From assembly GCA_002723415.1 (NCBI GenBank), contig PBOA01000033.1, positions 4,752 to 68,751 of the forward strand: a stretch of DNA of 64,000 bases, in the 5' to 3' direction. The notes beneath the pieces are model-generated. The model did not search any database and had not been told where the DNA came from. It saw nothing but the letters and a program-made list of their open reading frames with translations. This DNA is from Chloroflexota bacterium (GTDB taxonomy: Bacteria; Chloroflexota; Dehalococcoidia; Lucifugimonadales; GCA-002723415). Of the stretch, positions 1-8,267 are shown piece by piece (within the stretch, counting starts at the first letter, position 1; each line of letters opens with the position of its first letter). Position numbers and translations under genes: made by a program.

Positions 1-824
1 CTCCAATTAGAACAAGACAAATGAATTTGATAATAAACACTAGGAGTATCTAGGCCTCTATGAGAATCTCCTGCAACCAATGGAAGGCCTGAAACAGTTT
101 TATCCCCACTCACCACCCATGCATTACTTCCTGCATCTAATTCATTGATATTATTTAATTCTCTCCATGCATAAGCTAATTCTTCATAGGGGATATAATT
201 TTCTTCTTTGTGCTTAATACCAGGAGGAGTAGTTACTAAGTGGTTGTATGGATAACCTCGAAATAGCTCTGCAGCACGTTTTGGACCTATAGACTTAACT
301 AATCTAGCTCGCCATAGCTTCATGTCAAAAGTACCCATTAACATATTTCTACACTTATAAACTAAAAAAGAGTGCCATGGCTCCCATTTTTCAGGTTTTT
401 CACCTAATAATTTATATTCTACAGGTAGAGTTTTTGTATTATTAATAAATGCATTGATACCTTCAGTTAAAGAATCTACCATAAGTTTAGTATCTGGTCT
501 AGAAACTTCATAATCTGCTTTAGCTGCTCTTTCTAAACTCAATTTCCTCATAAGAATATCTTGAATTAAATCAGATTCATTAATATTTCCTGTCCATTCA
601 CTCCATCTACCTAAACCTCTATGTCGATCATAATCCATATGCCATAATCTATCTTGAGCTGTAACAAACCCTTGCGCAAAAAATAGATCTTTCTCCGAAT
701 GAGCTTTTATATGCGGTATACCCCATTTATCTCTAAATATTTCTACATTTTCTGAAAGATAATTAAAATTTTTTGTAGAAACAACATCTGGTAGAGATTT
801 AATCAAATCGTCTTCTGTTATCAT
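1..824 (-). CDS. Penicillin acylase family (Ntn hydrolase); 3' part runs off the window
   Basis: Hand translation: MITEDDLIKSLPD...EIFRDKWGIPHIKA...FFAQGFVTAQDRLWHMD...GSNAWVVSG...GDSHR. ATG at 824 with GAGGTG RBS. Not in the ORF track because it is truncated. Confidence 0.9.
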   Translation of the reverse strand, partial: MITEDDLIKSLPDVVSTKNFNYLSENVEIFRDKWGIPHIKAHSEKDLFFAQGFVTAQDRLWHMDYDRHRGLGRWSEWTGNINESDLIQDILMRKLSLERAAKADYEVSRPDTKLMVDSLTEGINAFINNTKTLPVEYKLLGEKPEKWEPWHSFLVYKCRNMLMGTFDMKLWRARLVKSIGPKRAAELFRGYPYNHLVTTPPGIKHKEENYIPYEELAYAWRELNNINELDAGSNAWVVSGDKTVSGLPLVAGDSHRGLDTPSVYYQIHLSCSNW

Positions 825-867
825 TATCACCTCTTAAATTAATTTCAATATTACAATTTCCCATTGT

Positions 868-1215
868 TCATTGAATTATTGATTCAAAACTAACTTCAAT
901 AATAGCATTTGCAATCAACACTCCGTCTTTCTTGTCTTCATTAAGTAATTCTAAACCACCCTTAATGACCTCTATAGATTTAGAACCATAAGGTAAAACT
1001 TCCAATACCTCCTCTCCATTCACATCACCTGGTTTAGGAACTCCTATAGTTACTTTTAACTTCATTTCATTTCCAGATTTACCAATTAAATCTTGAAAAT
1101 TCAAACTACTATGATGTATTGCGTCATATACTGCCCGTTTAGAAGCACTTGTATAATCAAGTCCTCGTATATCTACCCCCATACCCATTTCAGTTACGCA
1201 TCTAACATAAGCCAT
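868..1215 (-). CDS. Lin0512 family protein
   Basis: EMGMGVD..G.DYT.A..RAV.DAI.HSS and V.IGVP.P...LP.G...V..GGL motifs. Confidence 0.8.
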   Translation of the reverse strand: MAYVRCVTEMGMGVDIRGLDYTSASKRAVYDAIHHSSLNFQDLIGKSGNEMKLKVTIGVPKPGDVNGEEVLEVLPYGSKSIEVIKGGLELLNEDKKDGVLIANAIIEVSFESIIQ

Positions 1216-1261
1216 AATATTCCTCTCATTAATTCTTAATTGAACTATAATTTAAAAGTTC

Positions 1262-1291
1262 ACCTTACAAAATTCATTAAAGTATTGTCAA
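1262..1291 (-). promoter_or_regulatory. Putative sigma70 promoter for the Lin0512/acylase genes
   Basis: Minus strand TTGACA, 18 nt spacer, TAAGGT. Confidence 0.4.
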
Positions 1292-1321
1292 TAAACTAAT
1301 AATTAGCTTTTCTAATTTAAT

Positions 1322-2110
1322 ATGTTATATATTATAATAACTATTATGACTTATTTAGAAAACATTATAAATATACTTGGAGATTATCCAAAAAACCCTC
1401 AAAGACAAAATATCCAAGGTAAAAGATATTATGTACTTCCTGGATATTCAGAAAAACCGTTAATATCTGTTACAACTGTAGTGAAAGATGTAATTGATAA
1501 ACCTGCCTTAGTAAATTGGGCAAAAAATATTGGAATAAACTCAAGTCAAGAAACTTTAAAATCTTATCTTGGACAAACAGTTACTTTAGATCTAATTAAA
1601 GATTTCCAAATAAAATCTAAAAATGCCGTTGAAAAAACATCCACTAGTGCAGCTGATTTCGGTACTTATGCACATCATTTGATTGAATCTATTATTAAAG
1701 GTGAAAACCCTCAAATACCTAAAGAATATACAGAAACGATTAATTCATTTTTCAAATGGCGAAATCAATTCAATATAGATATACTATTTTCCGAAATTTG
1801 TGTTTATTCAAAAAAATATTCAGTAGCTGGAACATTAGACGCTATTGGAATTAAAGATAACAAAATAATCTTAGTTGATTGGAAAACGTCCAAAGCATTA
1901 TACCCAGAATATGCTCTTCAAGCTGGCGGTTATATTTGCTGTTTAGAAGATATGACAAATAATGAAATAAATGAAGGCTGGATCGTAAGGCTTGGGAAAT
2001 CTTCTCCTGAATTTGAAGTAAAAGCTATAAACATTGAGAATAGTAAAAAAGGATTTATTCAAGCTATAGAATTTTGGAAAACCTTTTATTCTAAAAAATT
2101 ATATAATTAA
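1322..2110 (+). CDS. PD-(D/E)XK nuclease, phage-exonuclease/MGME1-like (likely start ATG 1346)
   Basis: SVTTV, L..W, GT..H..IE, E..V, AGTLD, DWKTS and Q...Y motifs; no Cas4 Cys ligands. Confidence 0.8.
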   Translation: MLYIIITIMTYLENIINILGDYPKNPQRQNIQGKRYYVLPGYSEKPLISVTTVVKDVIDKPALVNWAKNIGINSSQETLKSYLGQTVTLDLIKDFQIKSKNAVEKTSTSAADFGTYAHHLIESIIKGENPQIPKEYTETINSFFKWRNQFNIDILFSEICVYSKKYSVAGTLDAIGIKDNKIILVDWKTSKALYPEYALQAGGYICCLEDMTNNEINEGWIVRLGKSSPEFEVKAINIENSKKGFIQAIEFWKTFYSKKLYN

Positions 2111-2112
2111 GT

Positions 2113-2670
2113 ATGCAATTTAATATTAAAAAAATTCTATCCTCTTCAATTGTTGGAATTTTACTTCTTGTAAACATAAATTCTTTAAATAATGATGAAA
2201 ATTTACTAGCTAATGGAAGAGTAAAAAGTTATATAACAAAAAATACTGAATTATATGAAATATCCTTAGGAATATCCCCAGATCCGTTACAAAAAGGTAT
2301 TGGACATCTCGTAATTATAATTAAAGATAAAAATACTGATCAATTTATTAATGATGCAACAGTAAAAATACAATTAAACCATAGGGCAACTACTCAAATA
2401 ATTGGCCCATTAAACTTAACGAACCTATCTAGTATAGAACCCTTAAGTCTTAATGAATATGATATTGATTTAGTTTTAACTGAAACAGGAATATGGGATT
2501 TATATATACAAATACAAAAAGGAAATTCTTACAATGAGCTTATCCATGAAATCAAAGTAGTTAAACCTAACCCTATCGCTGCTTTATCTGGTGTTTTTGT
2601 ACTAACTATATTATTATTAATTTTAATATATTCAATATATTCTCAAATAAAAATGAAAAAACAAAGCTAG
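2113..2670 (+). CDS. Exported YtkA/FixH-like Ig-fold protein with C-terminal TM anchor
   Basis: N-terminal hydrophobic signal; SPDP..KG, DATVKI and G.W.L.I.I pattern; C-terminal TM followed by a basic tail. Confidence 0.55.
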   Translation: MQFNIKKILSSSIVGILLLVNINSLNNDENLLANGRVKSYITKNTELYEISLGISPDPLQKGIGHLVIIIKDKNTDQFINDATVKIQLNHRATTQIIGPLNLTNLSSIEPLSLNEYDIDLVLTETGIWDLYIQIQKGNSYNELIHEIKVVKPNPIAALSGVFVLTILLLILIYSIYSQIKMKKQS

Positions 2671-2675
2671 ATAAA

Positions 2676-3467
2676 ATGTACATAAACTATATATTATCCT
2701 CCATTATTTTAGTAATTATTATTTTTACTATAAGCTGTAACAGCAGTTATGTGCCTAAAGAAGTTTATTTTGATATAACTGTTAATAATAATGATTTAAC
2801 TAATGAACCAAAAACATTAAAAGTAAAACATAATGACTACATAAAATTAAATATCCAATCAGATGAGATTACCAGTATTCACATTCACGGATATGACATA
2901 GAAAAAGAAATTACCCCTGATAAAGTTGAATTAATCGAATTTAAAGCTAGTGCTACAGGAAGATTTGATATTACAATACATAAGGACACGAATCACAACA
3001 ATTCACATTCACATTCACATTCACACAATGAACAAGAAGACGCTAAATGCGAACATGAATTCCCTATGAATAATACTGATTCGCCGTCAATAAATATTGA
3101 TATTTTTACAGGTGAAAATCCTGATACTTATATTATAGATCCGAATATTCTTAATTTTACATTAGTATCTGATAAAGAAAAAACATTATATGATTCAAAC
3201 AATAATAATATAGGACATTGGCACCTTTATATAAATGGCAAATTAAAAAGTATGTATTATGAAAAAAGTGCAATATTAAATAAAAAAGAATTTAATTCAG
3301 GCGAAAACGTCATTAAAGTAATTTTATCTAGTTTAAATCATTGTGAATACAATATTAGTGATACTACTACTCTAGAAATTAAATCAAAAGATCATCATGA
3401 TGACCATTCTCACCATGATGATAGTGATGAAATACAATTAGCAATTCTAGAAGTAACACCAAACTAA
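2676..3467 (+). CDS. His-rich lipoprotein with cupredoxin-like domain
   Basis: Lipobox-like TISC; SDE...IHIHGYD...F.A...G.F...H; two poly-His tracts; GHWHLYING. Confidence 0.65.
   Translation: MYINYILSSIILVIIIFTISCNSSYVPKEVYFDITVNNNDLTNEPKTLKVKHNDYIKLNIQSDEITSIHIHGYDIEKEITPDKVELIEFKASATGRFDITIHKDTNHNNSHSHSHSHNEQEDAKCEHEFPMNNTDSPSINIDIFTGENPDTYIIDPNILNFTLVSDKEKTLYDSNNNNIGHWHLYINGKLKSMYYEKSAILNKKEFNSGENVIKVILSSLNHCEYNISDTTTLEIKSKDHHDDHSHHDDSDEIQLAILEVTPN
3001..3024 (+). repeat. (ATTCAC)x4 in-frame hexamer repeat encoding SHSHSHSH
   Basis: attcac attcac attcac attcac read directly from the sequence. Confidence 0.9.
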
Positions 3468-3474
3468 AATATAT

Positions 3475-5016
3475 ATGAATAAAATATTTTCATCATTAAT
3501 ATTTTCACTAACAATTTTATTTATACCTTACAGAGTCTCAGCACATGGCTTTGGAGAAAGATATGACTTACCTATTCCATTAAATTATTTTTTAATTGGA
3601 AGTTCAATTACAATAATTGTTTCTTTTATATTAATTGGTATATTTGTCAAACAAAAAAACATATCGGATAAACTATATAAAGAATTTAACTACACTAAAA
3701 AACAAAACTACTTATTGAGAACATTTACATTTAATAAATTCTCAAAAATTATACAAAGCTTATTAAAAATCATTTCAGTTACATTATTTTTAATTACTAT
3801 ATTGTCTGGGGCTATTGGAATTCAAGAACCCTATAAAAATTTTTCAGTTACATTTGTATGGATTATTTGGTGGGTAGGAATGGGATATATAAATTCAATA
3901 ATTGGAGATATATGGAATATTATAAATCCATGGAAAGTAATTTTTGAATTTACTACAAGTACCTTTCGATTAAACAGTTACCCCCCTATATTTAAATATC
4001 CCAAAAAATTAGATGCTTGGCCATCTGTAATTTTATTTTTATTATTTGCATGGACTGAAAACATATATGATGCTTCTACACCTTATATTTTGAGCAGGTT
4101 AATTATTGGATATTCAATTCTTACTTGGACAGGAATGTTTCTTTTTGGAAAACATCAATGGATAGAATATGCTGACCCATTTTCGAAATTCTTCAAAATA
4201 ATGTCAAAATTTTCTATTTCAGAAATTAAACTCTTAGACCTTAATAATTGTAAATCATGTGAATTTAGTTGCCTGGAAAATAATGAATGTATAGACTGTT
4301 ATTCATGCCAAGAAGCTTCCTCAGATAATAACAAAATACTTAAACTACGATTACCCGGCTTTGGTTTAACAAAATCTCTAAACATAAGTATATCAACATC
4401 TATATTTATACTTTGTCAGCTTTCAACAGTATCCTTTGACGGAATAGTTGAAACTCCATTTTGGGTAAAAGTTCAAAACTATATTTTTGACCCCATATCA
4501 TTGCTTGGACCAAATATAGTTTCCAATATTAACACTTTAGGTTTGATTCTATTTCCTATATTTTTTATTATGATATATTACTTTTTCACATCATATATAT
4601 ACATTTTTTCTAACAAATCAATAAATGCAACTTATATATTTAAAATCTTTACTTTATCACTTATACCAATTGCTTTAGCTTATCATTTTGCTCATTATTT
4701 AAGTTATATCCTAATACAAGGGCAATTAATCATCCCTTTATTATCAGACCCATTTGGAAAAGGATTAAACTTATTTGGAAGTTCAAATTATTCAATTAAT
4801 ATATCTGTAATTAATGCAAAAACAGCTTGGTTTATTTCTCTTATATCTATTATCTCTGGGCACATCATATCTATACTTGTAGGACATATAATTGCATTGA
4901 AAATTTTTAAAACTCAAAAGATTGCAATACGTAGTCAATATCCGATGCTATTTCTAATGGTTTTTTATACTGCTTTAAGCCTTTGGATTATAGCTCAACC
5001 TATAGTTGAAAACTAA
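3475..5016 (+). CDS. Polytopic membrane protein ('fenitrothion hydrolase'-annotated family, degenerate polyferredoxin-like) with Cys cluster
   Basis: AHGFGERYDLPIP N-terminus; many TM helices; PIALAYHFAHY; LSDPFG.G..LFG; GH; SQYPM; Cx2Cx3Cx5Cx2Cx2C loop. Confidence 0.6.
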   Translation: MNKIFSSLIFSLTILFIPYRVSAHGFGERYDLPIPLNYFLIGSSITIIVSFILIGIFVKQKNISDKLYKEFNYTKKQNYLLRTFTFNKFSKIIQSLLKIISVTLFLITILSGAIGIQEPYKNFSVTFVWIIWWVGMGYINSIIGDIWNIINPWKVIFEFTTSTFRLNSYPPIFKYPKKLDAWPSVILFLLFAWTENIYDASTPYILSRLIIGYSILTWTGMFLFGKHQWIEYADPFSKFFKIMSKFSISEIKLLDLNNCKSCEFSCLENNECIDCYSCQEASSDNNKILKLRLPGFGLTKSLNISISTSIFILCQLSTVSFDGIVETPFWVKVQNYIFDPISLLGPNIVSNINTLGLILFPIFFIMIYYFFTSYIYIFSNKSINATYIFKIFTLSLIPIALAYHFAHYLSYILIQGQLIIPLLSDPFGKGLNLFGSSNYSINISVINAKTAWFISLISIISGHIISILVGHIIALKIFKTQKIAIRSQYPMLFLMVFYTALSLWIIAQPIVEN

Positions 5017-6008
5017 GCACATGCTGGATGTTCTGTAGACCATCTATTATAAGTTTGTTCTTCCGCTATACTTAAATCATGTCTAGCTTTTAGCCAGCTT
5101 TCAGCCCAAACAATAGGGTCATGCAATTCACTATTCGGATTTTTCTTACTTCTTGCAATAAAACCTGGAAAAGTATTTCTTCCCGTTGGTTCCCCAATAG
5201 GATTATATCTTAAATCAAGACTCCAACGAATTCGATTACTTTTATTTGGTAATGACCCATGGCAAGTCATTTTATTTAATAATAAAACACTTCCTCTTTT
5301 CATAGGAAGAGGAATAGCGTCATTTTTTCGAAAAAGTTTATCTGGTATATGTAAACCAAAACCACCTCTTGCATCTTTACGATCACTTTGCGGACAATGG
5401 GTTTTTAGACCTTCTATATGACTTGATGGAACAACATGTAAACAACCGTCTTCTACACTAGCATCCCAAATAGGTATCCACACAGTCAACATATTTGTCA
5501 TATCTGCATCTTCATTAGCAACTCCATTATCTTGATGCCAGGGGGTAGCCCCTAATTGAACTGTTTTAGTACCAGCATAAACAGGCGTTCGAGATTCAGG
5601 GGGTTTTAAACGAACATGTTGTATAGGGTTTGAATAAATTTCAGATCCAATTATATCTTCAACAATATCTAATATATATTTATTAGACAAAACTCGAAAT
5701 ACAGCTGGGCCGTGCCACATGGGCGTATCTTTTTTAATACCATTCTGAGGTAAAGAAAAATCAAAATACTGAGCATGAATTTTACCTGACTCTTCACAAA
5801 TCCTTGTCAGCCTTTCACTAAAATCATAATCACTATATTTAGATTTAATTAACTTTTTAACATATAGTTCATTAGCTAGAGAATCTAACACCCCTTTATA
5901 CTCTTCTATCAATGGGTCTAAAACAACTTTAGGGTCAAATGCATTTTCAACTACTAAATAGCCTTCAGAATTAAACCTATTAATTTGAGATTGATCTAGA
6001 AAGCTCAA
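5013..6008 (-). CDS. Phytanoyl-CoA dioxygenase (PhyH) family Fe(II)/2OG dioxygenase
   Basis: F..EGYLVV, PWHQD, TVWIP, GCL.V.P.SH, HGS, RWS.DLRY. Confidence 0.9.
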   Translation of the reverse strand: MSFLDQSQINRFNSEGYLVVENAFDPKVVLDPLIEEYKGVLDSLANELYVKKLIKSKYSDYDFSERLTRICEESGKIHAQYFDFSLPQNGIKKDTPMWHGPAVFRVLSNKYILDIVEDIIGSEIYSNPIQHVRLKPPESRTPVYAGTKTVQLGATPWHQDNGVANEDADMTNMLTVWIPIWDASVEDGCLHVVPSSHIEGLKTHCPQSDRKDARGGFGLHIPDKLFRKNDAIPLPMKRGSVLLLNKMTCHGSLPNKSNRIRWSLDLRYNPIGEPTGRNTFPGFIARSKKNPNSELHDPIVWAESWLKARHDLSIAEEQTYNRWSTEHPACA

Positions 6009-6076
6009 TTATTCATCTCCTCATGGTCTAAAAGTATTGCAGATATATTACTATGAACTTATTATTATTTCAATTA

Positions 6077-6105
6077 TTGACCTACAACTAAATAAATCGT
6101 ATTTT
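6077..6105 (+). promoter_or_regulatory. Putative sigma70 promoter of hydantoinase A/B
   Basis: TTGACC, 17 nt spacer, TATTTT, about 47 nt upstream of the ATG. Confidence 0.45.
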
Positions 6106-6152
6106 ATTATTGTAAAACAATTATATAATTATAATATTAATAAAGGTGTCAG

Positions 6153-8243
6153 ATGGAATCTTATAGAATAGGTGTAGATATTGGAGGAACATTCACTGAT
6201 ATAGTTTTCTTAGGTAACAAAGGAAATCTTTTAATAAAAAAAGTAGCTAGTACTCCCGAAGATTATAGTAAATCTGTGATAAAAGGAATTTCTGAAGGAA
6301 TTAATGAGCTCAACATAAATTCTTCTAATATTAGTGAAATAAACCATGGGTTTACTGTCGCTACTAATGCAATATTAGAAGGCAAAGGTGAAAAAACGGC
6401 TCTAATAACAACAAAAGGTTTTAGAGATATATTAGAAATTGCAAGAATTCGCACTCCTAGATTATATGACCTTTATTATCAAAAACCCACCCCAATAATA
6501 GAGAGAAAATTACGATTCGAAATAGATGAACGAATCAACTTTAGAGGAGAAATACTAAAAGAATTAGACTATAAATCTTTAAAATTAATTACGCAAAAAA
6601 TTCAATCTGAAAAAATTCAATCCATAGCAATTTGCCTTTTACATTCTTATGCAAACTCAAAACATGAATTAGAAATTGCTAATTATTTAAGTTCCCAAAT
6701 TAAAAACATTAATCTTTCCATTTCCAGTCAAATCCTTCCAGAAATGCGTGAGTATGAACGTACTAGTACGACTGCTATAAATGCTTATATAAGACCAGTA
6801 GTAAAAGATTATTTAGAAAATCTTAATAATCAACTTTCAAAGCTTGGATTTAAAGTACCTCTTACTATTATGCAATCAAATGGAGGGTTATCCCCAGTAA
6901 CCCTCACAATTGATAAACCAATTTTCTCTATCGAATCAGGCCCTGCTGCTGGAGTAGTAGGAGCTTTCCATCTAGGTAATCATATCGGATCAGAAAACCT
7001 AATGACTTTTGATATGGGAGGTACAACTGCCAAAGCATCTATCATAGAAAATGGTGAAATGTTATTGGCACCTGAATATGAAGTTGGTGGTGGCATGAGC
7101 GTAGGCCATAGATTATTAAAAGGTTCAGGTTATATTCTTCGAGTGCCCTCAATTGATATAGCTGAAGTAAGTTCTGGAGGAGGCAGTATAGCATGGATAG
7201 ATAAAGCTGAAGCATTACAAATTGGACCACAAAGTTCGGGAGCAAACCCAGGGCCAGCATGTTATGACAAAGGAGGAAACAATCCCACAGTTACCGACGC
7301 TAATGTATTGTTAGGTTATTTAAATCCTGAAAATTTGCTAGGAGGCAAATTTCCTATAAATTCCTCCAAAGCAAAAAAAATAATATCCGATAATATAAGC
7401 AAACCATTAGGGATACCTGATATAGAATCGGCTTGGGGAATCCACATTTTAGTTAATTCAAATATGGCTAGAGCTTTAAGGGCAGTATCTAGTGAAAGAG
7501 GTAGAGATCCACGTAAATTTACACTCGTTGCATTTGGAGGAGGAGGCCCTATTCATGCTACTGGGATTGCTGAAAGCTTAGGTATATCAAAAATATTGAT
7601 TCCTCCTTCTCCAGGAGTTTTCAGTGCTTTTGGGTTGTTATTCGCAAATGTAGAATTCCACTTAGTAAAAACTTATTTTAACCCTCTAGATAATTTAAAT
7701 CGAAGCCAAGCAAATAGAGTCTTAGATCAATTAATTTCTCAAGGAAAAAAACTACTCATTTCTGAAGGATTTAAATCTAATCAACAAGAAATAGTAATTC
7801 AATTAGATATGAAATATGTTGGACAAACCTCAGAACTAACAATTACAATGCCAAACAAATCATTTACTAATGAATCTATAGAACAAATTAAAGAAATATA
7901 CATGATTGAACATGACAAAACTTTTGGTTACAAAGTAAACGAACCAATGCAATTAGTTAATATTCGCATAATTGCTAGAGGTATATCAACTAAATCCAGA
8001 GTTCCTGATAAAATTGATTCTCCTAATAAAATAAATAATAGAAATATAAATAAAAGAAATGTTTATTTTGGGAAGAAAATTGGCTGGGAAAATACTTCTA
8101 TTGTTGACAGAGCCTTTTTAAAACAAAAAAGTAAAAAAGGTCCTTTAATTATAGAAGAATATGATTCAACAAGTATTGTGCCTCCAAATTGGCAAGCTTC
8201 TTTAGACTTTATGAATAATATAATATTAAAAAAAACTAATTAA
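6153..8243 (+). CDS. hyuA: Hydantoinase/oxoprolinase subunit A (ATP-dependent amidohydrolase)
   Basis: GVDIGGTFTD, EYERTSTT..NAY, SGPAAG, DMGGTT, GGGSIA, FGGGGP.H. Confidence 0.92.
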   Translation: MESYRIGVDIGGTFTDIVFLGNKGNLLIKKVASTPEDYSKSVIKGISEGINELNINSSNISEINHGFTVATNAILEGKGEKTALITTKGFRDILEIARIRTPRLYDLYYQKPTPIIERKLRFEIDERINFRGEILKELDYKSLKLITQKIQSEKIQSIAICLLHSYANSKHELEIANYLSSQIKNINLSISSQILPEMREYERTSTTAINAYIRPVVKDYLENLNNQLSKLGFKVPLTIMQSNGGLSPVTLTIDKPIFSIESGPAAGVVGAFHLGNHIGSENLMTFDMGGTTAKASIIENGEMLLAPEYEVGGGMSVGHRLLKGSGYILRVPSIDIAEVSSGGGSIAWIDKAEALQIGPQSSGANPGPACYDKGGNNPTVTDANVLLGYLNPENLLGGKFPINSSKAKKIISDNISKPLGIPDIESAWGIHILVNSNMARALRAVSSERGRDPRKFTLVAFGGGGPIHATGIAESLGISKILIPPSPGVFSAFGLLFANVEFHLVKTYFNPLDNLNRSQANRVLDQLISQGKKLLISEGFKSNQQEIVIQLDMKYVGQTSELTITMPNKSFTNESIEQIKEIYMIEHDKTFGYKVNEPMQLVNIRIIARGISTKSRVPDKIDSPNKINNRNINKRNVYFGKKIGWENTSIVDRAFLKQKSKKGPLIIEEYDSTSIVPPNWQASLDFMNNIILKKTN

Positions 8244-8267
8244 ACTAAATTTAATGAGAGGTTCTTA

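Noticed and set aside
1322-2110. Cas4 or CRISPR association of the nuclease
   Set aside because: No four-Cys Fe-S ligand set, no other cas genes, and no repeat-spacer array seen in the window.
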